Assembly: GCF_001457815.1 (NCBI RefSeq)
Contig: NZ_LN898221.1
Location: forward strand, 778,033-842,032
Direction: 5' to 3'
DNA: 64,000 bases
DNA from: Vitreoscilla massiliensis
Lineage (GTDB): Bacteria > Pseudomonadota > Gammaproteobacteria > Burkholderiales > Neisseriaceae
Shown here: piece after piece, positions 33,079 to 41,435 of the stretch
Layout: each line of letters begins with the position of its first letter
How positions within the stretch are numbered: position 1 is the first letter of the stretch
Translations under genes and position numbers: made by a program
The notes under the pieces: model-generated
Told to the model about the DNA's origin: nothing
Seen by the model: the letters and a program-made list of their open reading frames with translations, nothing else
Database searches by the model: none

Positions 33079-33153
33079 AGGTTTGCAAAGGTGGAATCGA
33101 ACCACCGCTAAAGACCCGGATAGGGTCTTGCTTTAACCGCTAAGCTATTCGCA
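33079..33153 (-). tRNA. Aberrant tRNA-like element. Full cloverleaf but anticodon loop CTATCCG (anticodon ATC, pyrimidine at position 37), 3' CC only
   Basis: Manual fold. Acceptor TTGCGAA/TTTGCAA, D-arm GCTT-AGCGGTTA-AAGC, anticodon stem AGACC/GGTCT, T-arm GGTGG-TTCGATT-CCACC. Confidence 0.45.
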
Positions 33154-33222
33154 ATAATTGAAGGAGTCGAACCTTCTACCGATGAATTATGAGTTCACTG
33201 CTCTACCATTGAGCTAAATTAT
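33151..33222 (-). tRNA. tRNA-Met/Ile2-like (anticodon CAT) with an unusually AT-rich acceptor stem (GATAATT/AATTATT, G1:U72) and no encoded CCA. It abuts the previous element with a 3-nt overlap
   Basis: Manual fold. D-arm GCTC-AATGGTA-GAGC, anticodon stem GTGAA/TTCAT with loop CTCATAA, T-arm GAAGG-TTCGACT-CCTTC. Confidence 0.5.
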
Positions 33223-33542
33223 CCATGCAACCATGCTCGGCATACAGAACGATACCTCGCCTGCACCAGCCAGCCGTGTAAGCTGAACCAAAGAGCACCA
33301 TCACACGGCTGGGATTATAGACATAAGGCAGTGACACTGACCAGTGTATTTGCTCAAATGGCATACACAGCGAATGATAAAGGCATGAATAGTGTGAGGT
33401 GATTTGTTCAGATGGATGACAAACTTGAGCAAGCATCATATCTTGTGCACTTGTCTGTTCAGCTTGTGTACCAAGCAGCAACCAATACAAATGCGGCCTG
33501 TAAACACTTACAGGCCGCATAAAATATATTACATAAACAGGC

Positions 33543-34457
33543 TTAATGGTCTAAAGAAAAACCCTCTTTCTTGCCACTGAGGCTGTTTTTGATTTTCTTC
33601 CATGTGCGCGACAACGCCGATTTTTGTTCTTTGTGGCGCGTCACATCATTGCCGGAATAATTGACTTGGGTGGCTTTTGGGAAAGCGCCAAACGCAGCAT
33701 GACGGTAGTTTTCTGGCACATAACCTGCCGCCAAGGCTTCGTGGTAATACTGGCGGAACAATTCGCTTAAATCTGCGCGTGGATGCGGCATAACCGCGCC
33801 ATCAAACCAGTGCTTTTGACCCTCGGCTTGCAAGCGTGGGAAAGAGAATTCATGGCTAAACTGCGTGCCCATGTCAGAGTAATGCAGGATTTTGATTTTT
33901 TCTATCGGCAAATCCTCGCCATCGACACAATTGTAAGTGGTGTCTTGGTATGGCTGCACCAAACTTGGCTGGTCTTTTAATTTTTGCATCAATTTGTGGT
34001 GGCCTTCAGGGTCGGCCTGTAAGTCTTTTAAAGCCGGCAAATGTTTCTTGGCTTCAACATTGTCCCACACGCAGGTGCACAAACGCGCATTGTATTGACC
34101 ACCCTTGCCCGCCACCATCGCGCCGGCGGCCATAGGATGGTTCCACAATTCGGCCAAATCGCACAATACCACCACATCGGCATCCATATAAATGGCGCGG
34201 CCTTCAAAGCCACAATATTCAGGAATCGCCCAGCGGAAACCCGAAAACGGCGTGGCCCATTTCTCGGTGCGCCAACCTTGCTGGTTTTGTGGATCGGAAA
34301 ACCACACGCTGTTGTCATCGCGGCTCAACTGCATCCACACAATTTCAACCGGTTGCTGTGTGTGTTTGTGGATGCTGTAATCCAACACCATCATTTGTTC
34401 CAAATCACAGTTGTTGGGGTCGCAGCCCACAAATACCTTAATGGTGTCACCACTCAT
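33543..34457 (-). CDS. Glycosyltransferase, GT8-like (DxD motif YMDADVVV)
   Basis: Nucleotide-sugar-binding region resembling LPS alpha-1,2/1,3-glycosyltransferases. No neighbouring LPS genes. Confidence 0.55.
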   Translation of the reverse strand: MSGDTIKVFVGCDPNNCDLEQMMVLDYSIHKHTQQPVEIVWMQLSRDDNSVWFSDPQNQQGWRTEKWATPFSGFRWAIPEYCGFEGRAIYMDADVVVLCDLAELWNHPMAAGAMVAGKGGQYNARLCTCVWDNVEAKKHLPALKDLQADPEGHHKLMQKLKDQPSLVQPYQDTTYNCVDGEDLPIEKIKILHYSDMGTQFSHEFSFPRLQAEGQKHWFDGAVMPHPRADLSELFRQYYHEALAAGYVPENYRHAAFGAFPKATQVNYSGNDVTRHKEQKSALSRTWKKIKNSLSGKKEGFSLDH

Positions 34458-34688
34458 CTTCGTCTCCTGTTGTGCTACAGCACGCGCGTTTGCATTGATT
34501 AATGGGCACAATTATAGCATTGTTTGCCCTAAAGCCCGAGCTTCATCACTTGACGTACATCATTGTAAAAGATGGATTTTCTTGATTTTTCACACAGCCG
34601 TTGCAGTTTTTTGCCGCGATTTAAGCTGTGGTGCGGCGCTTATCTGCCGTACAATGGCCGCCGTTTCCACCAACTCAAGAGCTGACAC

Positions 34689-35081
34689 ATGAGCAAAAAC
34701 AAAAACGCTGCACTGTGCCCATGCCAATGGCAAGAAAATGTGCTGTTTGCCGAGTGTTGTGGCCGCTACATCAGTGGCGCAGCGCTTGCGCCCACAGCCG
34801 AGGCCTTGATGCGCTCACGTTACAGCGCATTTGTGCAAGAGCAGGCCGCGTATTTGCTGCAAACATGGCACCCGTCTACCCGTCCTGAACACTTGGATTT
34901 TGAGCCCACACAGTGGTTGGGCTTAACAGTGCTGTCTGCCCACGACAGCGACGACGACCATGCCGAAGTCAGTTTTGTGGCGCGCTATAAGATCAATGGT
35001 CGTGCTTACAAACTGCAAGAGCACAGCCGTTTTGTGCGCGAAAACGGTGCATGGTTGTATGTGGATGGCGATGTGGCTTAA
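34689..35081 (+). CDS. ychJ: YchJ-family (UPF0225, SEC-C motif) protein
   Basis: CPCQWQ...CCGRYI cysteine motif plus C-terminal NTF2-like domain. Confidence 0.8.
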   Translation: MSKNKNAALCPCQWQENVLFAECCGRYISGAALAPTAEALMRSRYSAFVQEQAAYLLQTWHPSTRPEHLDFEPTQWLGLTVLSAHDSDDDHAEVSFVARYKINGRAYKLQEHSRFVRENGAWLYVDGDVA

Positions 35082-35343
35082 TACGGTGTTGGCAGGATTT
35101 TTGTTTCACACTTCATAAACGCTCTGCAATTTAATAAGCGGCCTGTAAATCCAATATCCAGTTTACAGGCCGCTTGTTATCACAGCTCAAGTTGTTACAG
35201 GCCGCATCTAAACTTTATTTATACTAATACCACCCATATAAAGCCTTAACCCAACTTACAACCCACACGCAAGCGGCCTGTAAACCCCTCTCAGGCTTAC
35301 AGGCCGCTTATGCTGTAGATTGAAAACATCGAAGCAACAATGC

Positions 35344-36375
35344 TTACGCCAAGGCCTCCAAATCACAACCCAAGCGTTGGCTCAGTTGCAATACTGTGTC
35401 CACTTGGTATTCGGGCAAGACAAAAAAGTGGTAACTGTCGCCGTAGTTTTGGTAATTCATCAACCGTTTTTGTTGCGCCGCCAAGGCTTGTTGTGCGTAC
35501 GGGAACAAGTCTTCGCCATAAGTCTCATCCGGCGCGGCCAGCTCAAAGCTTTCTTGCTCGAGCAAATCGGCCAATACCTCGCTTAAATCGTCGGCGTCGA
35601 ATTTCCAATCGTGGTGAAACACGTTTTCATGGAACAGCCATTCGGCCAAATCACCTTCATTCATGCCCTCGTCCACGATTAAGCGTTGGTGTAAGGCTTC
35701 GGCCGCTAGTGCCAAGGTCGCAGCGGCGGTATTGGGGTTGAGCAATTGCAATAAAGACACATAATCATCGGGCTTGGGCTCAGGCACCAGTTGCGATGGG
35801 TATTGCCACTGCGCAAAATCGGTGGCAGGTTTGCCCAAGTACTCAACCACGGCGGCCAAGACGATGCCCAAGTCTATGTAAGCGGCTTTGTGGATGTCGT
35901 TGCTGAAAAACTGCGAGCTCATCAATTGCTCGTCCAAGGTTTGTGCGCCCAACATCATTTCGGCATGGCTGTCCGACTCTAGGTCTGTCCACAGCAAGCG
36001 GTATTCACACGCTTCGCCGAGTTCATCATAGCCCAACCATATCCACATGCGGTTGATGTTGCCGCTGCGCTCATCAGCGTCGTCCAATACCGGCAACCAT
36101 TCCAAGGCCAACACATAACACCACCAACCGTCGTCCCACGTCGCATCGTCTATGTTGGGAAACGCCATTTGTGCCAACAGACGTTGCGAAAATTCTTTCA
36201 GGCCGCTCATGCCCACCCGTTTAAAGTCTTCTTCGGCAAACGAATCGGGCAAGCCGTACATCACCACGCCCACGGGCGTGTTCAAATGGTTCAAATCCAT
36301 GTTGAATGACCACAGCTCACGCTCGGCCATTTGTTCAAACACATACTTCATGGGCTCAAAATACAGTTTGTTCAT
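35344..36375 (-). CDS. Highly acidic hypothetical protein (343 aa, D/E-rich)
   Basis: Long ORF with clean protein-like composition, bracketed by uptake-motif terminators. No family recognised. Confidence 0.5.
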   Translation of the reverse strand: MNKLYFEPMKYVFEQMAERELWSFNMDLNHLNTPVGVVMYGLPDSFAEEDFKRVGMSGLKEFSQRLLAQMAFPNIDDATWDDGWWCYVLALEWLPVLDDADERSGNINRMWIWLGYDELGEACEYRLLWTDLESDSHAEMMLGAQTLDEQLMSSQFFSNDIHKAAYIDLGIVLAAVVEYLGKPATDFAQWQYPSQLVPEPKPDDYVSLLQLLNPNTAAATLALAAEALHQRLIVDEGMNEGDLAEWLFHENVFHHDWKFDADDLSEVLADLLEQESFELAAPDETYGEDLFPYAQQALAAQQKRLMNYQNYGDSYHFFVLPEYQVDTVLQLSQRLGCDLEALA

Positions 36376-36479
36376 GCGCGTCTTTCAATGCTTAAAGTAA
36401 TGGTGTCAAATCACAATAGAAAACCCTGTTAAAGTGGACTGAAGACTTTAACAGGGCTTATTTAAATCGCTCTTGGCGA

Positions 36480-37937
36480 TTATTTCAATTTTTTAATTTC
36501 GTCGTAGCTGTCGCCCAACATGTTTTGCAAGGCTTCATCATCGCTTAAGTGGTTGTTTTTGGTTTGGATTGCGTACATCACCGCACCTAAAACCACCCAC
36601 AACAATAAAATCACATATTCAGCCGGTTTCAAAGACATGGACGTGCCCGGAATCAAAGTCATCAAGATGATGCCGACCGCGCCCAAGGCACCGACAAACG
36701 GCAAGCATTTCACACTCACTTGGTAAGGACGGCTGTTGTTCGGGTATTTTTGACGGATTTTGTACATGCACATCACCGTCAAGGCCCAAGACAAGCCCAC
36801 ATACACGCCACCAGTGTCCAAGAACCAAATCATCGCACCCTTACCCAACCAACCCAAAGCCAAGGTGATGATTAAAGTCATGGTCAAGGCATTGGCAGGC
36901 ACGCCGTTTTGATTCACTTTGCCCAAGAACGCTGGCAACAAACCACCACGTCCCATGGCGAAAATAATGCGTGAACAACCCATGGCCATGCCCAAAGAAC
37001 CCGTGCCCATGCCCAAGAAGGCAATGCCCATCGCCGCATAGCCCAAAGCAGGATAACCAGCGTGTGTGAAGGTAGAAACCGCGCCAAATTCCATTTGCGC
37101 CGAATCTTGCCAAGGAATGATCATCGCCGTACCGAGCAAGACCAAGCAGTAATACGCACCGGCCAAGAAGATGGTCAACACAATGGCCACGCCGATTTTC
37201 TTAGGCGAAATGCGCGCCTCTTCGGCCAACAACGACACCAAGCTAAAGCCGGTTAAGAAAGTCAAAGCCGGAATCACAAAACGCATGGTCGAGGTCACGC
37301 CGTGCATCACATCGGTTTCAGTGGCACCGACTGCGGTAAACGCCGGAGTAAAATTGTCCCAACTGCCCAAACCGATACCGGCCAAGGCCAAAGCCACACC
37401 CAACAAAACTTTAATGCCAAACAAAATCTTCTGTGTGCCCGCACCGACGTCAACGCTTTTGCTGTTCAGCAAATAAAACACCAACACCAATACCACGCCG
37501 GCCACCAAGCCCCACAAATACACATCGCTGCCGGCAATGCTGTACAAGGTCACGCTTTCTAAAGCCGGTTTTAAAGCCGGAAAGCCTTTGCTGAGCAAGC
37601 CACCAAACGCCGCCATGTAAAACGCGGTCGAACTGATGAAAGCGCCAATCAGCAACCAGCCGATGACAAAAGCCAATTTGCGGTTATACGCAATAAACGT
37701 GAACAAAATCTCGCCACCGGCGCGAGGAAACTGCGCTGCCAATTCAGCGTAAGCAACGGCCACGCAACCGGCCAGTAAACAGGCCAAAACCATGCCCAAA
37801 ACCACGCCACCGGCGGTGTATTCGGTGAAAAACGAACTGGTGGTGTATATCCAACCCGAGCCGATGACGCCGGCCGTACCCAGAGTCACCAAAGAGGTGA
37901 AACTCAGGGATTTCTTTAAAGAGTTACTCATTATCAA
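36480..37937 (-). CDS. Amino-acid permease (APC superfamily)
   Basis: 485 aa, about 12 transmembrane helices, APC-type signature. Operonic with ddpX. Confidence 0.8.
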   Translation of the reverse strand: MIMSNSLKKSLSFTSLVTLGTAGVIGSGWIYTTSSFFTEYTAGGVVLGMVLACLLAGCVAVAYAELAAQFPRAGGEILFTFIAYNRKLAFVIGWLLIGAFISSTAFYMAAFGGLLSKGFPALKPALESVTLYSIAGSDVYLWGLVAGVVLVLVFYLLNSKSVDVGAGTQKILFGIKVLLGVALALAGIGLGSWDNFTPAFTAVGATETDVMHGVTSTMRFVIPALTFLTGFSLVSLLAEEARISPKKIGVAIVLTIFLAGAYYCLVLLGTAMIIPWQDSAQMEFGAVSTFTHAGYPALGYAAMGIAFLGMGTGSLGMAMGCSRIIFAMGRGGLLPAFLGKVNQNGVPANALTMTLIITLALGWLGKGAMIWFLDTGGVYVGLSWALTVMCMYKIRQKYPNNSRPYQVSVKCLPFVGALGAVGIILMTLIPGTSMSLKPAEYVILLLWVVLGAVMYAIQTKNNHLSDDEALQNMLGDSYDEIKKLK

Positions 37938-37955
37938 TCTTCTATCTGTGTGTGT

Positions 37956-38654
37956 TTATAATTGTTCTGCTGCACCGTAAACGGCGTAATCGCGGCCTGA
38001 ATAATGCGCCCACAATTGGTTGCCGTAATCGTAATGCCACCACTCGCTGGTGATGTTGGTGAAACCAACGCTGAGCATGGCGTGGTACAACGTGCGGCGA
38101 TTGGCATGCGCCACATGTTCAGGCTGGTTTTCATACGCGGTGGTAAACGATTTATCGGTAGGCTCATCGAAATCCGAACCCATGTCCAAATACGCGCCGG
38201 TATTGAGGTCAAACAAAGTCACATCTACCGAGCCGCCAGTCAGGTGAGGGCTGACAAAATCGGGGCCTACGGGCGCAACAAACTGCTTTAACATCGCTTT
38301 TTGTTCGTCTGCGCTCAAATGTGGGTAGGTTTGTTTGATGACATCGCCAATTTGGTCTTGCAAGGCTTGTTGCACCTCGCGTGAACGCCACGCGTCCAAA
38401 ACCACGATGCCCAAGTGCTCAGGCAGCTGCGTCGTCGCTTCGCGCAGTTTCTCTATCACGCTCGCGCGCGCTGCACACAGATTGATGGCGTGCGGCACTT
38501 GGTTTTTAAAGTAAATCGGCTCTTGTTTGAGTCGGCTTTCATTCGGCACCGCCACCAATGGCTCTTGGTTGTCGACGATGGCGATGCGCTCCACGATGTT
38601 CCAATCGTGGTGCTCCCTGCTCGGGATGCGTTTGTGTGTGTGCGTGTGATGCAT
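37956..38654 (-). CDS. ddpX: D-alanyl-D-alanine dipeptidase (VanX/DdpX family)
   Basis: SEWWHYDYG zinc-site motif and VanX-like layout. Confidence 0.8.
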   Translation of the reverse strand: MHHTHTHKRIPSREHHDWNIVERIAIVDNQEPLVAVPNESRLKQEPIYFKNQVPHAINLCAARASVIEKLREATTQLPEHLGIVVLDAWRSREVQQALQDQIGDVIKQTYPHLSADEQKAMLKQFVAPVGPDFVSPHLTGGSVDVTLFDLNTGAYLDMGSDFDEPTDKSFTTAYENQPEHVAHANRRTLYHAMLSVGFTNITSEWWHYDYGNQLWAHYSGRDYAVYGAAEQL

Positions 38655-38660
38655 ATTGTT

Positions 38661-39503
38661 CTATTCCTCAAATTGTCTGAATGCGTCTTGCAAGCGTTTA
38701 TTGACCTCCATGCGTTGTTGTAATTGGCCGCCCAATTGGCTGGCCACATCGTTCAGCAGATGCTGCAATAAAGACAGCACCGGCGTCATCGAATCCCAAA
38801 ATTGTTGAATGTCGGTTTCCAGCGTCAGCACATGGCCGTGCAAAGACTGCGCCCATGGGCAATACACATCGGTAATCAAACCGTATGGCAGGCGCAGATT
38901 TTCCGCTGCCATACACAAGCGTTTGGTGTGCACGGCGTAATGGCGAAAGTCGGCCGTCAGCAAAAACGTTTGTTGGCCATTGTTCAAAGCATCGATGTAA
39001 GCGCCCGAGCCGCCATCACTGAAATGCACATTCGGGCGCATGTATTCGAGCAAGCTGTAAAAATAATGCAGCAAGCCACGGCTGGATTGGATGCCGACAA
39101 TGTAGACAGCATCGGCCTGTAAAATCTGTTGCAAGATGCGTTGGTAAGCGGCGGAGTTGCGCAAGGCAAAAACTTGCTCCACATGGCGGATTTCGCGGCG
39201 CAGGCTCAAATCGGCCAAGTCCTCATCACGCTCACGCTCCATGTGATTGCTGACGCGGTCGGTGACAAACCAATGGGTTTTGTAATGGCTTTTCAATTCC
39301 AAACGGAAGTCTTCCATGTTTTGGAAACCCAGTTGGCGCAAATAGCGGCCGACGCTGATGCTGCTCACGCCCACTTCTTTGGCGATGGTTTCTGCCGATT
39401 CAAACGACAGATTGTCAAAATTGCTGAGGAAGTAATCGGCGATTTTTTTCATCGCCGGCGTCAGCTGTTGCAAATTCTCTTGGATGCGTTTGTAGAGTGA
39501 CAT
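38661..39503 (-). CDS. RpiR/MurR-family regulator (HTH plus SIS domain)
   Basis: N-terminal HTH (IAKEVGVSSISVGRYLRQLGF), C-terminal SIS. Confidence 0.8.
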   Translation of the reverse strand: MSLYKRIQENLQQLTPAMKKIADYFLSNFDNLSFESAETIAKEVGVSSISVGRYLRQLGFQNMEDFRLELKSHYKTHWFVTDRVSNHMERERDEDLADLSLRREIRHVEQVFALRNSAAYQRILQQILQADAVYIVGIQSSRGLLHYFYSLLEYMRPNVHFSDGGSGAYIDALNNGQQTFLLTADFRHYAVHTKRLCMAAENLRLPYGLITDVYCPWAQSLHGHVLTLETDIQQFWDSMTPVLSLLQHLLNDVASQLGGQLQQRMEVNKRLQDAFRQFEE

Positions 39504-39949
39504 GTTATTCAGATAACTTATTTTGTTGTTGATGTTAGGATAACAACATTTGTTTGATTTCGTAAAGATGGTAAACCACTATTAACAATGAAATTTTAAT
39601 AAGCCCAAACTGAGTATAGATGGTCACTGTCATGGTTCCACACCGCCAACACCCATGCTCAAGCAAGCACAAATGACCACTGGCACAGCAGCAGCCACAG
39701 CGGCTTAGTCCATGATAAGCAGCTGAATTGACTGTAATAAACCGATTTAGAGGTTTTATTTGTGAATAAGTGATTGATAGCGCGTAGCAGCGCTGCTGCT
39801 CGGGCTGATTGAAGCTGCAAATCGCGCTTTATGCTCACTCAGACCCTAAAGACGCAAAAGCAATAAATGCCAATAATCAGAAAATTAACGCATTTAAAGC
39901 CATAACGATGGCACTCACCAAGCCAGAATAAAAGGAAGAAAACAGACAA

Positions 39950-39982
39950 AAGCGGCCTGTAAATACCTTACAGGCCGCTTTT
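39950..39982. terminator. Inverted uptake-motif pair (AAGCGGCCTGTAAATACCTTACAGGCCGCTTTT)
   Basis: Downstream of the efflux operon on the minus strand. Confidence 0.6.
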
Positions 39983-40042
39983 GAGGTGCTGGCTGAGCCT
40001 GACAAGCTGTCAGACTGCTAACACACTCAGACATAAAGCGCA

Positions 40043-41434
40043 TTAAGAAGCAGCGCGATACCGCCCTGCCATCGCTTGGTAGACTTTGTTTTCCGCTTGC
40101 AAACGCGCATAACGGCCATTTAACCACGCCAAATAAGCGCTGTCGTAACTGGTTTGGGCAGAAATATAGTCTTTGAATTCGGCCGCACCGTGTTTGTAAC
40201 GCACCGCATAATATTGCTTGATTTTGGCCTCGGCCGCGAGTTTGCTGGCCAAGGTTTGCTCATTGGCCAAGCTTTGGCGGTAGCTGTAATACAGCCCATC
40301 GACCTCGTTCAAAGCGCTGTTGATGCTTTGTTCAAACGTCAGCAATTGCGCTTGGTACTGGGCTTCAGACGATTTGATGTTCCATTTGAGCTCGTTCCAA
40401 TTCAAAAACGGCAAGGAAATGCCAACATTGCCGCCCAAGAATGGCACGTTCAGCGCCTTGCTGAAATCTTTGGAAGACGAAGACAGGCTCGCGCCCAAGC
40501 TCACGCTTGGATACACCGATTTGCGCACTGCCGACCAGTCTTTAAACGATGAACGCAGTGTGTATTCGGCCGCACGCAAATCAGGACGGTTGGCAAGTAC
40601 GCTCAAAGGCACGTTGGTATTCACGCCCAAAGGCTGCAAACCAGACAATTTCGGCAGGCTCAAACCCAAGCTTTGATTCGGCTTCAAGTTAAGCAGATTG
40701 CGCAGCGTTTGCTCGGCGCTTTGGCGCTGGCTTTGCAAATCTATCAATGTCGCCTCGGTGCTGGCCAACGCCTGTTTGGCTTGCGCAGGCTCTATCGAAG
40801 CGACTTTGCCATGGCGGTATTTGGCATCGGAGATGCGCAGCAATTCTTGATACGAGCGAATATTGCTGTTGGCATTGTCTATGGCGGCCTGTAAATACAC
40901 CAATTCAAAATAGGCGTTTACTGTGGCATTGATCAAGCTTAATTTGGCGGTGGCAATGTCTTGCTCACTGGCACGGTAAGCCCAAGCCTTGGCATCGGCA
41001 CTGTCGCGCAGACGTTGCCACAAATCGACTTCGTAAGACAAACCCAGTTGACCACCGTAGCTGCGCGAGCTGTTGCCACCGTCTTTGATGTTTTTCGAGG
41101 TCGAGCCTGATAAAGAACCCGACAACGATGGCACCAAATCTGTACCGGCAGCACGCGCACTGTACAAGGCTTGTTCGGCAGTTAAGGCCGCTTTTTGCAA
41201 GTCGATGTTATTGGTCAGCGCGGTGGCGACCAATTGGTTCAATTGCGCATCGTGGTATTGCTGCCACCATGCATCATCAACCGAGTATTGTTCGGCCACG
41301 TTTTCATCCCAAGCCAGTGCTTGTTCCACGCGAGTAGGCTCAGGCATTTGTGCGGTTTGACAGGCGGCCAAGCCTAGGCTTAACACAGCCGCCACACAAG
41401 CGGCCTGTAAACGAGAATAAGGGTGTTTTTGCAT
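40043..41434 (-). CDS. Outer-membrane efflux factor (TolC/NodT-family lipoprotein)
   Basis: Lipobox LGLAAC. Two repeat halves with coiled-coil segments. Last gene of the macAB operon. Confidence 0.8.
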   Translation of the reverse strand: MQKHPYSRLQAACVAAVLSLGLAACQTAQMPEPTRVEQALAWDENVAEQYSVDDAWWQQYHDAQLNQLVATALTNNIDLQKAALTAEQALYSARAAGTDLVPSLSGSLSGSTSKNIKDGGNSSRSYGGQLGLSYEVDLWQRLRDSADAKAWAYRASEQDIATAKLSLINATVNAYFELVYLQAAIDNANSNIRSYQELLRISDAKYRHGKVASIEPAQAKQALASTEATLIDLQSQRQSAEQTLRNLLNLKPNQSLGLSLPKLSGLQPLGVNTNVPLSVLANRPDLRAAEYTLRSSFKDWSAVRKSVYPSVSLGASLSSSSKDFSKALNVPFLGGNVGISLPFLNWNELKWNIKSSEAQYQAQLLTFEQSINSALNEVDGLYYSYRQSLANEQTLASKLAAEAKIKQYYAVRYKHGAAEFKDYISAQTSYDSAYLAWLNGRYARLQAENKVYQAMAGRYRAAS

Positions 41435-41435
41435 A

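Noticed and set aside
33203-33520. 105-aa minus-strand ORF between the tRNA-like elements and the GT8 gene
   Set aside because: Cys/Trp-rich, low-complexity translation spanning an inverted uptake-motif terminator. Almost certainly non-coding.
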